Shown: positions 18,732 through 29,545, counted from the stretch's first letter. The stretch: 64,000 nucleotides of DNA from an uncultured Pseudomonadales bacterium (GCA_963925995.1 CAWUVN010000031.1:8683-72682), one strand, 5' to 3'. The notes: generated by a model from the letters alone, not told the origin. Numbers and translations are program-made.

Positions 18732-20672
18732 ATGTTCACTCCTAAGATAGTTACCAATACACTTTTAACGGCTGTTACTGCGTTGACTTTTTCGTCAATG
18801 GCAGAGCCAGAAGTTGAGACCCGTCAGGTATATTTTGGTGATACCCATGTTCACAGTTCCTACTCTTTTGATGCTTTCTTAAATAATAATCACAGTGCTG
18901 ATCCGGATACCGCCTATCGCTGGGCGAAGGGTCAGCCGGTGATTCATCCTTACAATAGAGTACGGGTGCAAATTAATACGCCGCTAGATTTTATGGTGGT
19001 CTCGGATCACGCCGAGATGCTCGGTGTGATGCGCGCGGTTCGCAACGACAGTATTGAATTTGAGGATCTTGGCCTGCTAGGTAATATCAAACGCTGGATT
19101 GGTATTAAATTGATGATGCGGGCGATTGATAATAATACCGGCCTGGAATTCTTTGGCCGGTTTTTGCCGATTTCGGCAATCGATCAACATCACTCTGACC
19201 CGGTTGCTGATAGTAGTAATAATATTGGTAGCGTCGATTTTTTTGGTGATACCAGCGCAACGTCGATGGCTGCCTGGCAGGATATTATTCAGACCGCAGA
19301 CCGACACAATCAACCCGGTTCCTTTACCGCCTTGATCGGATGGGAATGGTCTTCAATCCCAACTGGCGCAAATCTGCATCGGGTGGTGATTACTCCAGAC
19401 GGTGCAGATAAGGCCAGTCAGTTTTTCCCCTACGGTTCTGATATCAGTCAGTATCCTGAGGATCTCTGGCAGTGGTTGGATAAAACAGAGCAGAGTACTG
19501 GCACGCGCTTTATCGCGATTCCCCATAACTCGAATATCTCTAAAGGCTATATGTTTGACGATACCACTCTGCGTGGGCAGCCTATTAGTGCTGACTATGC
19601 CCGTCAGCGTATGCGCTGGGAACCAATTGTAGAAGTTACCCAGATCAAGGGCGACAGTGAGACGCGCAGCGATTTTTCACCAGAGGACGAGTTTGCCGAT
19701 TTTGAAAGTTATGATCACTATATTCAGTTAGCCCAGGAAGGTGAAAATGGGCAAGAAGGGCAAGGAGCACAGAAAGAGTTTACCGCCCGTCCGGGGGATT
19801 ATATTCGCCCAGCCCTAAAGAAAGGTCTGGCCATTGAGCAGAAGGTGGGTGTTAACCCCTATAAGTTTGGCTTGATTGGTTCAACCGATTCGCACTCTGG
19901 GCTTGCCTCCCCAGAAGAAAATAATTTCTGGGGCAAGATGGCCACGGATTCCACACCTGAGACTAAAGCCCGCAAGGGTAATAGCCCAGTTACCAGTAAT
20001 GGCTGGAATATGTCCGCCTCAGGTCTGGCTGCTGTCTGGGCCGAAGAGAATACTCGCGAAGCTATCTATGCAGCGTTTAAACGCAAGGAAGTTTATGCCA
20101 CCACAGGGCCGCGTATTCGAGTGCAGATGTTTGCCAGCTGGGATTTTCCTGCTGGTGCAGTAAGTGCCGAAGACTTTGCTGCCATAGGTTATCAGTATGG
20201 CGTGCCTATGGGTTCTGATCTTGTTGCCTTGAAGGACTCAAATAAGGCGCCTCAGTTTTTGGTCCGAGCAGTCAAAGGCCCCGTCGACGCTAATCTCGAT
20301 CGAGTACAGATGGTCAAAGGTTGGGTTGATGCCAAGGGTCAGCAGCAGGAGCAGATTTACAATATTGCCTGGTCTGACGGCAGAACTCTGGATAGCCGTG
20401 GACGCCTGACGGCGGTTGGCAATAGCGTCAATTTAAAAACTGGGCACTACTCGAATAATATTGGTCAGGCCGAGCTCGCTACCCTCTGGGTTGATCCAGA
20501 TTTTAATCCTAAGCAATCGGCATTTTATTACGTCCGAGTGCTACAGATTCCCACGCCGCGCAATGGTTTGTTAGACGCTATTGCCCTGCAGCTGGATAAG
20601 CCACCTCGCGGTCCAAAAACTATTCAGGAACGTGCCTATACTTCTCCGATCTGGTATCAGTCACAGCTATAA
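18732..20672 (+). CDS. DUF3604-family protein (PHP-like metal-dependent hydrolase fold predicted)
   Basis: Signal peptide followed by the family signature YFGDTHVHSSYSFDAF. 646 aa. Confidence 0.8.
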   Translation: MFTPKIVTNTLLTAVTALTFSSMAEPEVETRQVYFGDTHVHSSYSFDAFLNNNHSADPDTAYRWAKGQPVIHPYNRVRVQINTPLDFMVVSDHAEMLGVMRAVRNDSIEFEDLGLLGNIKRWIGIKLMMRAIDNNTGLEFFGRFLPISAIDQHHSDPVADSSNNIGSVDFFGDTSATSMAAWQDIIQTADRHNQPGSFTALIGWEWSSIPTGANLHRVVITPDGADKASQFFPYGSDISQYPEDLWQWLDKTEQSTGTRFIAIPHNSNISKGYMFDDTTLRGQPISADYARQRMRWEPIVEVTQIKGDSETRSDFSPEDEFADFESYDHYIQLAQEGENGQEGQGAQKEFTARPGDYIRPALKKGLAIEQKVGVNPYKFGLIGSTDSHSGLASPEENNFWGKMATDSTPETKARKGNSPVTSNGWNMSASGLAAVWAEENTREAIYAAFKRKEVYATTGPRIRVQMFASWDFPAGAVSAEDFAAIGYQYGVPMGSDLVALKDSNKAPQFLVRAVKGPVDANLDRVQMVKGWVDAKGQQQEQIYNIAWSDGRTLDSRGRLTAVGNSVNLKTGHYSNNIGQAELATLWVDPDFNPKQSAFYYVRVLQIPTPRNGLLDAIALQLDKPPRGPKTIQERAYTSPIWYQSQL

Positions 20673-20798
20673 AGGCTACAGATACCTGTATATCGCTGCT
20701 GGTGGAATTGTCCTGACAGAGTTTCACGGTTTAGACTATAGTCATTCGGATACTTCCCTCCTTATGGATATATTTGCTGGCGATTTGTGAAAGGATTT

Positions 20799-21689
20799 AT
20801 GAAAAAAATATTCAGAGAACCGCTGTTTCAATTTTTGCTTATTGCGTTGGTATTGCTGGGTGGTGAGCGGCTGATCAATGCCGACGCCTATTCCGATCAG
20901 CAATATCAGATAGTTGTCGATGATCAGGTATTGCTGCAGTTTATGCAGCTACAGGCTAAAACCTTTAAGCCTGAAAAGGCCATGGCTGCCTTAAAAGCGC
21001 TGAGCGCTGAGGAGCGTCAGCAGCTAATTGATAACTATGCGCGCAATGAGGCTTTGTTTCGCGAAGCTGTGGGGCTCAATCTAAATATGAATGATCAGGT
21101 GATTCGCCGTCGTCTTATTCAAAAAATGGATTATCTGGCGCAGGGTTTTTACGATGAAATTGAGCCGCTCACGGAAGAGGATCTACGTGCCTATTATGCA
21201 GAGCATCGGCAGGACTATAAGAAGCCTGCATCTGCGACTTTTACTCATGTCTTTATCTCTGGTGAAAAGCGCAGTTCTGAGCAGTCTGAGACTATGGCTG
21301 AATTGCTTGCAAAAAAACTCAATGCCGAACAGGTGCCGTTTGAAAAGTCCCTTGGCCATGGCGAGCGATTTTTATATCACCGCAACTATGTCAATCGCGA
21401 TGATGATGAGATTGGCAGTCACTTTGGCGCTGGCTTTCAGGAGCAGTTATTTAGCTATCAGGTTTCCGCTCAATGGCAGGGGCCGCTGCAGTCCAATTAC
21501 GGCTGGCATTTGGTGCTGTTGGTAAAAAATACCTCGTCTTATATTCCTGAGTTTGAAGAAATAGCTCAGGCTGTTTTTGCCGATGCTCAGCGCCAGCAGC
21601 AGCGGGAAATTAAGCGTCATGCCATTGATGCGTTGATTGCTAAATATCAGGTCAGTGATCAGGTCAGTGATGAGAGCCAGCAACAATAA
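20799..21689 (+). CDS. PpiC/parvulin-type peptidyl-prolyl isomerase domain protein, membrane-anchored
   Basis: N-terminal TM segment and a C-terminal parvulin-like segment (GPLQSNYGWHLVLL). The ATG at 20799 follows AAGGA. Confidence 0.7.
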   Translation: MKKIFREPLFQFLLIALVLLGGERLINADAYSDQQYQIVVDDQVLLQFMQLQAKTFKPEKAMAALKALSAEERQQLIDNYARNEALFREAVGLNLNMNDQVIRRRLIQKMDYLAQGFYDEIEPLTEEDLRAYYAEHRQDYKKPASATFTHVFISGEKRSSEQSETMAELLAKKLNAEQVPFEKSLGHGERFLYHRNYVNRDDDEIGSHFGAGFQEQLFSYQVSAQWQGPLQSNYGWHLVLLVKNTSSYIPEFEEIAQAVFADAQRQQQREIKRHAIDALIAKYQVSDQVSDESQQQ

Positions 21690-22696
21690 TGCGCTTTATG
21701 CTTGCGTTGCTTGCGTTGATAACAGTGTCGATTGCGGCGACTACTGCCGTTGCCGATGAGGCACGTCCGGTCTATGTAGAAATTGCTCAGCAGGCTGAAA
21801 CTGAGTATCTGTTGAAGTGGAAAATACCGCCGGTTATGCCTGTCGGAGAGGAGCCCGCGGTGGAGCTGCGTCACCCGAGCTGTAGTTTATTGGATGGTTC
21901 GGTGGGTGGTCGCCCGGCGGGTCTAGTGGGTAAAAAACGCTACAGTTGCACTGAGCTCAATCCGCCATTTTCTATCGAACTGATTTATCCGCGCAGCAAT
22001 CCGGCGCTGACTTCATTAATTGTCTACAAGCCGCTTTCCGGTGATCCGCTGCAGGTCTTTTCCGGCCCGGAAAAAACGCTGCTTGAGTTGCCGCTGGCCT
22101 CTTCACCGGCTGCCGTGGCCAAACAGTATACGGTGGCCGGTATTGAACATATTTTGATCGGCACTGACCATCTGTTATTTATTCTCTGTCTGATGATGAT
22201 TGCTGGCACCTGTAAACGTCTGGTGCTGACGGTAACCGGTTTTACTGTGGCTCATTCGATTACCTTAAGTCTTGCGACCCTGGATATTTTTCGCTTGCCC
22301 ACGGAGTTGGTTGAGCTGCTAATTGCCCTGAGTATTTTATTGTTGGCGGTGGAGATTATTAAGCATCGACAGGGCGGCTCGGCAGAGAGTTTTACCTGGC
22401 GCTATCCAGTCAGTGTCTCTGCAGTCTTTGGTCTGCTGCATGGCTTTGGTTTTGCGGTGGTGTTGCAGGAGTTGGGACTGCCCGCGTCGATGAAGGTTCA
22501 GGCGCTGCTGTTCTTTAATATTGGAGTTGAGCTGGGACAATTATCCTTTATCGCTGCTGTTTTGGTCTTGGTGTTTGTGGCTGCGAGGCTGGTGCCTTTG
22601 ATCGGCAAGCATCAGGTGAAGCTTGTCGATATAGTTGTCTATGTTGTTGGAGTTTGTAGTGCCTACTGGCTAATCGAGAGAGCAGCTCTTTTTTAA
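21689..22696 (+). CDS. HupE/UreJ-family membrane protein with an N-terminal periplasmic domain
   Basis: GIEHILIGTDHLLFILCL signature and six TM segments. TAATG overlap with the upstream gene. Confidence 0.75.
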   Translation: MRFMLALLALITVSIAATTAVADEARPVYVEIAQQAETEYLLKWKIPPVMPVGEEPAVELRHPSCSLLDGSVGGRPAGLVGKKRYSCTELNPPFSIELIYPRSNPALTSLIVYKPLSGDPLQVFSGPEKTLLELPLASSPAAVAKQYTVAGIEHILIGTDHLLFILCLMMIAGTCKRLVLTVTGFTVAHSITLSLATLDIFRLPTELVELLIALSILLLAVEIIKHRQGGSAESFTWRYPVSVSAVFGLLHGFGFAVVLQELGLPASMKVQALLFFNIGVELGQLSFIAAVLVLVFVAARLVPLIGKHQVKLVDIVVYVVGVCSAYWLIERAALF

Positions 22697-22751
22697 TGAG
22701 CCGCTCAGGGCTGTTTAATACGAGATGCTCAGGCTGTCTCTTATTAAATGC

Positions 22752-23555
22752 TTACTTTAGGTTGCCGAGATTTTTTGCGAGTATTTTTAAAGTAGGCTTA
22801 AACAGCTTTGGTGTGCAGGCAACTATATGTCCGGTATCCAAAAACTTCTCGCCGCCTTGGAAATCACTGACCATTCCTCCGGCTTCTCTTACCAACAGTG
22901 CCCCCGCAGCTATATCCCAGGGCTTTAAGTACATTTCCCAGAAGGCATCCATACGCCCGGCAGCTACATAGGCCAGGTCGAGAGAGGCTGCGCCCATACG
23001 TCTGATACCTGAAGAGTTGTCGGCAAATTCATGCAGAGACTTTAAATAGTTTTCCATATAGTCAAAAGAGGGCGCGCTAAAAGGGATGCCAGTTGCGTAC
23101 AGCGCGCCAGCATCACTGGCGCGACCCGAGACGCGAATGCGGCGGCCATTTAATTTGGCGCCATCACCACGACTCGCAGTAAATTCTTCCTGCTTGAAAG
23201 GGTCGAGAACGATCGCATGCTCAAGGCGTCCCTTAATACGACAGGCAATAGATATGGCCAGATGAGGTATACCGCGGACAAAATTGGTGGTGCCATCCAA
23301 TGGATCGATAATCCATTCAACGTCGCTTTCAAGGTTTCCGCTGACGCCGCTCTCTTCGCAGAGGAAGCGATGGTCGGGAAAGGCTTTTTGAATATGGTAG
23401 ATAATGGTCTCTTCAGAACGCTTGTCGACTTCGGTGACAAAGTCGTGACGACCTTTCTCATCCACCTTAACCGAGTCGAGACTGTCTGCAGATTTTACAA
23501 TCATTTCGCCGGCCAGACGGGCAGCGCGAAGGGCAATATTAACCATTGGTTGCAT
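22752..23555 (-). CDS. suhB: inositol monophosphatase SuhB
   Basis: MQPMVNIALRAARLAG parallels E. coli MHPMLNIAVRAARKAG. WIIDPLDGTTNF motif. The ORF-track start at 23603 is a 16-codon upstream extension. Confidence 0.93.
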   Translation of the reverse strand: MQPMVNIALRAARLAGEMIVKSADSLDSVKVDEKGRHDFVTEVDKRSEETIIYHIQKAFPDHRFLCEESGVSGNLESDVEWIIDPLDGTTNFVRGIPHLAISIACRIKGRLEHAIVLDPFKQEEFTASRGDGAKLNGRRIRVSGRASDAGALYATGIPFSAPSFDYMENYLKSLHEFADNSSGIRRMGAASLDLAYVAAGRMDAFWEMYLKPWDIAAGALLVREAGGMVSDFQGGEKFLDTGHIVACTPKLFKPTLKILAKNLGNLK

Positions 23556-23752
23556 ATTAGATTTTCCAATTAACTTTAGCAGTGACTTAAAGAGCGCGCG
23601 CATTGTAACAGAACTACAGTGCCAGAGAAGAGGGATTCTGCTACACTCGCGCCCGTTTTTTAGCCCATGGATTTATTGGGCTATATAAGTCTTTAACGGG
23701 ACTGTATAAAAGCCTTTAACTGGGCTTTATGTGAGTCTATAAGAGGTGCTAA

Positions 23753-24499
23753 GTGTCAATATCTGAGCGACAGGCAAATATCCGAATTGTATTAGTCAAT
23801 ACCACACATCCGGGCAATATCGGTGGTGCCGCACGAGCCATGAAAAATATGGGTCTGGCAGAGCTGTATCTGGTTCAACCAAAAGAGTATCCAGCTCCGC
23901 GAGCAGTATGGCGTGCTGCCGGTGCCAGAGATGTGTTGGCCAATGCGACTATTGTTGAGTCCGTCGATGAGGCGATTGCCGACTGTGGTCTTGTGGTGGG
24001 TACTAGCGCCCGTGAGCGCAGAATTCCATGGCCGCTGCTCAATCCCCGTGAATGCGGTGAAAAAATCTACCTCGAAGCGGAGAAGCACAAGACGGCGCTA
24101 TTGTTCGGTCGTGAAGATCGTGGCTTAACCAATGATGAGCTGCAAAAGTGCCACTACCATGTGCATATCCCGTCCAATCCTGAGTACAGCTCGCTCAATC
24201 TGGCAACGGCGGTTCAGGTTCTCGCCTACGAAGTGCGTATGGCCAGTCTCGCAGATGAGCAGGGTAATTTACCCTCTCTCACCGACTGGGATCAGCCACC
24301 CGTCAGCGCCGGTGATCTCGAGTATTTCCATGAACATTTGGCCACCACTATGGCCGATCTGAAATTTTACGACCCCGAGAATCCCAAGCAGCTTTTAACC
24401 CGTATGCGCAGGTTGTTTAACCGCGTAAGAATGGATGAGATGGAGGTTTCTATACTCCGTGGTCTGTTATCTTCGGTACAGCGTACAATCAAAAAATAA
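23753..24499 (+). CDS. trmJ: tRNA (cytidine/uridine-2'-O)-methyltransferase TrmJ
   Basis: NIRIVLVNTTHPGNIGGAARAMKNMG SpoU-type N-terminus. Located between suhB and iscR as in E. coli. Confidence 0.9.
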   Translation: MSISERQANIRIVLVNTTHPGNIGGAARAMKNMGLAELYLVQPKEYPAPRAVWRAAGARDVLANATIVESVDEAIADCGLVVGTSARERRIPWPLLNPRECGEKIYLEAEKHKTALLFGREDRGLTNDELQKCHYHVHIPSNPEYSSLNLATAVQVLAYEVRMASLADEQGNLPSLTDWDQPPVSAGDLEYFHEHLATTMADLKFYDPENPKQLLTRMRRLFNRVRMDEMEVSILRGLLSSVQRTIKK

Positions 24500-24507
24500 C
24501 ACAACGA

Positions 24508-24557
24508 ATAGTTGACAAGATTAATCAGGTATTTAGTTGACTAAAATAGTCAGGTAT
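24508..24557 (+). promoter_or_regulatory. two abutting type-1 IscR operator sites
   Basis: ATAGTTGACAAGATTAATCAGGTAT (24508-24532) and TTAGTTGACTAAAATAGTCAGGTAT (24533-24557). By my count they match the remembered type-1 consensus ATASYYGACTRWWWYAGTCRRSTAT at 22/25 and 24/25 positions. Confidence 0.8.
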
Positions 24558-24565
24558 TAGATAAT
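24537..24565 (+). promoter_or_regulatory. sigma70-type isc promoter
   Basis: TTGACT (24537-24542), a 17-nt spacer, then GATAAT (24560-24565), located 30 nt upstream of the iscR ATG. It is overlapped by IscR site B. Confidence 0.7.
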
Positions 24566-24594
24566 TTCAGTCTGAACATGGCAGAGAGCATACG

Positions 24595-25071
24595 ATGCGA
24601 CTGACAACCAAAGGGCGTTACGCGGTGACAGCCATGCTGGATCTTACTATCCATGCAGATGATAAGCCTGTTTCGCTGTCCGAAATATCTGAACGACAAT
24701 CGATTTCACTCTCGTATCTTGAGCAACTGTTTTCAAGATTACGTCAGTCTGAACTGGTGAGTAGCGTGCGCGGCCCCGGTGGCGGCTATCGTTTGGGGCG
24801 ATCCAGCGAAGATATTTATATCGCGCAGATTATCGAAGCGGTTAACGAGTCAGTGGATACTACCAATTGCCAGGGAAAGGGTGATTGTCAGGGTGGCGAG
24901 ATATGCCTTACCCATGCACTCTGGGATGAGCTTACAGCAGAGATACACAATTTTTTAAACGGTATTTCGCTGGCCCATTTAATGGCCCGTCGCGATGTTA
25001 AAAACATTGCCCAGCGCCAAGTAGACCAGCTTTTAATTTTAAGTGAAAGCCCGCAGGCAGGTGCCTGCTAG
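24595..25071 (+). CDS. iscR: Fe-S cluster assembly transcriptional regulator IscR
   Basis: [17 protein letters not shown] Rrf2 N-terminus and a Cys cluster (C..C.....C) in the C-terminal half. Confidence 0.95.
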   Translation: MRLTTKGRYAVTAMLDLTIHADDKPVSLSEISERQSISLSYLEQLFSRLRQSELVSSVRGPGGGYRLGRSSEDIYIAQIIEAVNESVDTTNCQGKGDCQGGEICLTHALWDELTAEIHNFLNGISLAHLMARRDVKNIAQRQVDQLLILSESPQAGAC

Positions 25072-25085
25072 AACTGGAGAAGTAA

Positions 25086-26300
25086 ATGAGTCTTCCTATT
25101 TATCTCGACTACGCGGCGACAACCCCGGTTGATCCTGCAGTTGCAGAGAAAATGATGCAATACCTAACGCCAACTGGCCACTACGGCAATCCGGCGTCGC
25201 GCTCTCACACCTTTGGTTGGGAAGCGGAAGCGGCGGTCGAAGATGCCCGTGAACAAGTTGCCAATATGATTAATGCGGATCCCCGCGAAATCGTCTGGAC
25301 CTCTGGTGCTACCGAAGCCAGCAACCTGGCGATTAAAGGCTGTGCGCACTTTAATCAGCGCAAAGGCAAGCATGTGGTTACATCGCGTATCGAGCACAAG
25401 GCGACTCTGGATACCTGTCGCCAGCTTGAGCGTGAAGGCTTTGAAGTGACCTATCTGGACCCAGATAAAAATGGCCTGATTCAGCCTCAGGCAGTTGCCG
25501 ATGCTCTTCGTGAAGACACTACTGTTGTGTCGATTATGCATGTGAATAACGAGATCGGAACACGCAATGATATAGCCGCGATCGGCGCAATCTGCCGTGA
25601 AAATAAGGTTTTCTTTCATGTGGATTCCGCTCAGAGCGCCGGTAAAACACCGATTGACGTGGAAGCGATGAACGTCGATATGATGTCTTTCTCCGCCCAC
25701 AAAATTTACGGCCCCAAAGGTATTGGTGCTCTCTATGTCCGTCGCAAGCCGCGCGTTCGTATTGAAGCGCAGATGCACGGTGGCGGCTACGAGCGTGGTA
25801 TGCGTTCAGGAACATTGCCGACTCACCAGATTGCCGGTATGGGCGAAGCCTTCCGTATTGGTGGTGAAGTGCTTGCTGAAGAGTCAGCGCGCATTGAAAA
25901 ACTACGCACACGACTCTGGGAAGGCGTATCAGATATGGAAGAGGTCTATTTGAATGGGTCTCCAGATCAGCATGTACCAGGCATTGTTAATATCAGTTTC
26001 GCCTTCGTTGAAGGTGAGTCACTGATTATGGCGCTCCGTGACCTGGCGGTCTCCTCAGGTTCAGCCTGTACATCAGCCAGCCTTGAGCCTTCCTATGTGC
26101 TGCGCGCACTAGGCCTCAATGATGAGATGGCCCACAGCTCAATTCGCTTTAGTATCGGTCGCTATACCAGCGAACAGGATATCGACGATGCCATCGCAAA
26201 AGTACGCCATGCAGTAACCAAGCTGCGCGAACTGTCGCCACTCTGGGATATGTTCAAAGATGGTGTCGATTTAAGTCAGGTAGAGTGGGCGGCGCACTAA
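25086..26300 (+). CDS. iscS: cysteine desulfurase IscS
   Basis: 404 aa with the PLP lysine motif [12 protein letters not shown] and the SSGSACTS active-site loop. Confidence 0.97.
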   Translation: MSLPIYLDYAATTPVDPAVAEKMMQYLTPTGHYGNPASRSHTFGWEAEAAVEDAREQVANMINADPREIVWTSGATEASNLAIKGCAHFNQRKGKHVVTSRIEHKATLDTCRQLEREGFEVTYLDPDKNGLIQPQAVADALREDTTVVSIMHVNNEIGTRNDIAAIGAICRENKVFFHVDSAQSAGKTPIDVEAMNVDMMSFSAHKIYGPKGIGALYVRRKPRVRIEAQMHGGGYERGMRSGTLPTHQIAGMGEAFRIGGEVLAEESARIEKLRTRLWEGVSDMEEVYLNGSPDQHVPGIVNISFAFVEGESLIMALRDLAVSSGSACTSASLEPSYVLRALGLNDEMAHSSIRFSIGRYTSEQDIDDAIAKVRHAVTKLRELSPLWDMFKDGVDLSQVEWAAH

Positions 26301-26365
26301 ATCGCGTTCCGCTTGCCTTAAGAGAAGTTACGAGAAGTATAAAACTATTAAATAGGAGTCATCAA

Positions 26366-26749
26366 ATGGCTTACAGCGAAAAAGTTATTGATCATTACGA
26401 AAATCCACGCAACGTTGGCAAGCTTGACGACAGCTCAAAAAATGTTGGTACTGGCATGGTTGGAGCACCCGCCTGTGGCGATGTTATGCGCCTACAAATT
26501 CAGGTCAACGATCAGGGTGTTATCGAAGATGCCAAGTTCAAAACCTACGGCTGTGGTTCGGCAATTGCGTCGAGCTCACTGTTGACTGAATGGGTTAAAG
26601 GCAAGCATATTGACGATGCTGCGGAAATTAAAAACACTGAAATTGCTGAAGAACTGGCACTGCCCCCAGTGAAAATTCACTGTTCAGTACTGGCTGAAGA
26701 TGCAATTAAAGCCGCAGTTCGCGATATTAGAGAAAAGCAGGGGAGCTGA
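26366..26749 (+). CDS. iscU: Fe-S cluster scaffold IscU
   Basis: [27 protein letters not shown], and LPPVKIHCS. The ORF-track start at 26285 is an upstream extension. Confidence 0.97.
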   Translation: MAYSEKVIDHYENPRNVGKLDDSSKNVGTGMVGAPACGDVMRLQIQVNDQGVIEDAKFKTYGCGSAIASSSLLTEWVKGKHIDDAAEIKNTEIAEELALPPVKIHCSVLAEDAIKAAVRDIREKQGS

Positions 26750-26757
26750 TTGACGTA

Positions 26758-27081
26758 ATGGCAATCACAATGACACCAGCTGCGGAGCAGCATGTAACCA
26801 AACACCTTGAGCATCGCGCTAAAGGGGTTGGTATTCGTCTGGGTGTTCGCACCACTGGCTGTTCGGGGCTCTCCTATGTACTGGAGTTTGTCGACAGCGC
26901 AGAAGCAGAAGACGAGGTTTTTCACTGTGGTGATATCAAGTTAATTATTGACCCTAAAAGTCTTGTCTACCTCGATGGCACGCAGCTTGATTATGTCAAA
27001 GAGGGATTGAATGAAGGCTTTGAATTTAAGAATCCCAATGTAAAAGACGAATGTGGTTGCGGCGAAAGCTTCCACGTTTAA
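26758..27081 (+). CDS. iscA: iron-binding A-type carrier IscA
   Basis: 107 aa ending CGCGESF. Confidence 0.95.
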   Translation: MAITMTPAAEQHVTKHLEHRAKGVGIRLGVRTTGCSGLSYVLEFVDSAEAEDEVFHCGDIKLIIDPKSLVYLDGTQLDYVKEGLNEGFEFKNPNVKDECGCGESFHV

Positions 27082-27121
27082 TTGCCGACCATTAATTACC
27101 GACCTAAATGGTGTTGAGACA

Positions 27122-27670
27122 TTGGATCTATCGACAAAGCTGTTAGAGACAAGCAACTACTACGAAATATTTTCCCTCCCAGCGGGTTGGCAGATAGATC
27201 GCACTGTTCTCGACGGCCGCTACCGTCAACTGCAGCGTGAATTTCACCCAGATCGCTACGCTGCCAAGGGAGATGTTGAAAAACGTCTCGCTGTGCAGAC
27301 CACCTCGCTGATCAACCAAGCCTACGAAACCTTAAAATCTCCCCTTAAGCGCGCGCAGTATATGCTCGAGCTGGAAGATATAGATGCTGGCCAAGAGAGT
27401 CATATCACCAGTGATATGAGTTTTTTGATGAAGCAGATAGAGTTTCGTGAAAATCTGGATGAGATTCGCGATAGCGCCGATCCACTGGCTGGACTGGAAG
27501 CCATGCGCGACGATGTGCAGGCTCAGTATCTGCAGCTGCAAGAGGATTTCCAAGCGCAGCACAGCGCTAAAAATTATAATGACGCCCTTGATACAGTGGC
27601 AAAAATGCAATTCTTCGCCAAGCTGTTAGACGAGATCGAACAGCGCGAAGAAGAGCTAGAGGACTTTTAA
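27122..27670 (+). CDS. hscB: co-chaperone HscB (start codon uncertain)
   Basis: J-domain FHPDRY and the C-terminal HscB helix bundle. There is no in-frame ATG near the expected N-terminus (NYYEIFSLPAG). Candidate starts are TTG 27122, CTG 27140 and GTG 27053; the last overlaps iscA. Confidence 0.85.
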   Translation: MDLSTKLLETSNYYEIFSLPAGWQIDRTVLDGRYRQLQREFHPDRYAAKGDVEKRLAVQTTSLINQAYETLKSPLKRAQYMLELEDIDAGQESHITSDMSFLMKQIEFRENLDEIRDSADPLAGLEAMRDDVQAQYLQLQEDFQAQHSAKNYNDALDTVAKMQFFAKLLDEIEQREEELEDF

Positions 27671-27673
27671 ACC

Positions 27674-29545
27674 GTGGCACTACTGCAAATTTCAGAACCT
27701 GGACAATCACCACAGCCCCATCAGCGCAAACACGCGGTGGGTATAGACCTGGGCACCACCAACTCACTAGTAGCCGCTGTCCGCAGTGGCACGCCAGAAA
27801 CCCTTGCCGACGAGCAGGGCAGACATCTGTTGCCCTCTGTGGTGCACTACATGAAAGACGGTGTGAGCTGCATCGGCTACGAAGCGGCAGAGCACAATGT
27901 TAGCGATCCGCTGAATACTCTTTCATCGGTTAAGCGTCTAATGGGTCGCGGTATTGCCGATGTAAAAACCTTTGGCGGCCAGTTGCCTTACAACTTTGCT
28001 AAAGATGATGGTGGTATGCCAAAGATTATTACCGCCAGCGGTTCTGTCAGCCCGATTCAGGTCTCCGCAGAAATTCTCCGTAAACTCGCCGGGCGCGCTG
28101 AAATTGCCCTCGGGGGTATGCTTGATGGCGCAGTTATTACCGTCCCCGCCTATTTTGATGATGCCCAGCGTCAGGCCACCAAAGATGCGGCAACTCTTGC
28201 TGGTATCAAAGTGTTGCGCCTGTTGAATGAACCCACAGCCGCGGCAATCGCCTATGGCCTCGATCAGGTCGAAGAGAGTGTTATTGCCGTCTACGATCTC
28301 GGTGGTGGCACCTTTGATATTTCAATTCTACGGCTCTCCCGCGGGGTGTTTGAAGTGCTCGCAACCGGCGGTGATTCGGCCTTAGGTGGCGATGATTTCG
28401 ATCGCGCTATTGCCGAGTGGATTCGCCAGCAGGTCGGTATGGATGAAAATCTCGACCCGGTAGAGCAGCGCATACTTTTAGAGACCGCCAAGTCCGCCAA
28501 AGAAGAGCTTACCGATCAGGAATCAGTCGAGATAGAAGTTCTGGATTGGCAGGGCACTCTGAGTCGCGAAAAGCTCAATGAGCTGATTGATAGCCTAATT
28601 GATAAAACCCTGCGCGCCTCGAAAAAATCACTGCGTGATGCTGGAATAAGCACAGATCAGGTCGATGAAGTAATTCTGGTCGGCGGTTCAACCCGTGCAC
28701 TGCGTGTGCGTGAAAAAGTTGAACAACTATTTAATCGTCAGCCCCACTTGAAACTTGATCCTGATCGTGTGGTTGCCATGGGCGCTGCGCTGCAAGCTGA
28801 AGTACTAGTCGGCAATAAGTCCGGCGACGAAATGTTGCTGTTGGATGTGATTCCCCTGTCCCTAGGTATTGAAACCATGGGCGCTCTGATTGAAAAAATT
28901 ATCCATCGCAATACCACTATCCCAGTATCCAAAGCCCAAGAATTTACCACCTTTAAAGATGGCCAGACGGCGATGGTCGTGCATGTGTTGCAGGGCGAGC
29001 GCGAGCTGGCCACAGACTGTCGTTCACTGGCGCGCTTTGAGCTGCGCGGTATTCCGCCAATGGTTGCCGGTGCGGCAAAAATTAGGGTTACCTATCAGGT
29101 TGATGCCGATGGACTACTCAGTGTGACTGCCCGTGAAACGATCAGCGGTGTTGAATCCCGTATCGAAGTTAAGCCCTCCTACGGTCTGCAGGAAAATGAA
29201 ATCACCGAGATGCTGCAGGATTCGTTTAGCCATGCCCGCGATGATATGCAGGCGCGAGCACTGCGCGAACAACAGGTTGAGGCAGATCGTATGATTGAAG
29301 ATCTGCACGCGGCGCTGCAAAAAGATGGCGGCGAGCTGCTCGATCCTAAGGAATACCAGTGTTTGGAAGTGGCGGTTAAAGAACTGCAAGAAGTACGAGC
29401 TAGCAGCACAGAACATCGTGTATTGGCGCGACAAATTGAATCGGTAGGCAAGGTCAGCGAAGAGTTTGCCGCCCGCCGTATGGACGCCAGCATTAAAAGT
29501 GCGCTGGCCGGACAAAGCCTTGATGATGTGGAGACAAACTTATAA
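27674..29545 (+). CDS. hscA: Fe-S protein assembly chaperone HscA (Hsp70 family)
   Basis: [12 protein letters not shown] and DLGGGTFD motifs. 623 aa, GTG start. Confidence 0.96.
   Translation: MALLQISEPGQSPQPHQRKHAVGIDLGTTNSLVAAVRSGTPETLADEQGRHLLPSVVHYMKDGVSCIGYEAAEHNVSDPLNTLSSVKRLMGRGIADVKTFGGQLPYNFAKDDGGMPKIITASGSVSPIQVSAEILRKLAGRAEIALGGMLDGAVITVPAYFDDAQRQATKDAATLAGIKVLRLLNEPTAAAIAYGLDQVEESVIAVYDLGGGTFDISILRLSRGVFEVLATGGDSALGGDDFDRAIAEWIRQQVGMDENLDPVEQRILLETAKSAKEELTDQESVEIEVLDWQGTLSREKLNELIDSLIDKTLRASKKSLRDAGISTDQVDEVILVGGSTRALRVREKVEQLFNRQPHLKLDPDRVVAMGAALQAEVLVGNKSGDEMLLLDVIPLSLGIETMGALIEKIIHRNTTIPVSKAQEFTTFKDGQTAMVVHVLQGERELATDCRSLARFELRGIPPMVAGAAKIRVTYQVDADGLLSVTARETISGVESRIEVKPSYGLQENEITEMLQDSFSHARDDMQARALREQQVEADRMIEDLHAALQKDGGELLDPKEYQCLEVAVKELQEVRASSTEHRVLARQIESVGKVSEEFAARRMDASIKSALAGQSLDDVETNL

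Noticed and set aside
25164-25778. 204-aa ORF on the minus strand, plus the overlapping 125-aa ORF 25534-25911
   Set aside because: Both are entirely antisense to iscS, whose identity is unambiguous. They have no RBS and an Arg/His/Phe-rich composition typical of antisense frames of a conserved gene.
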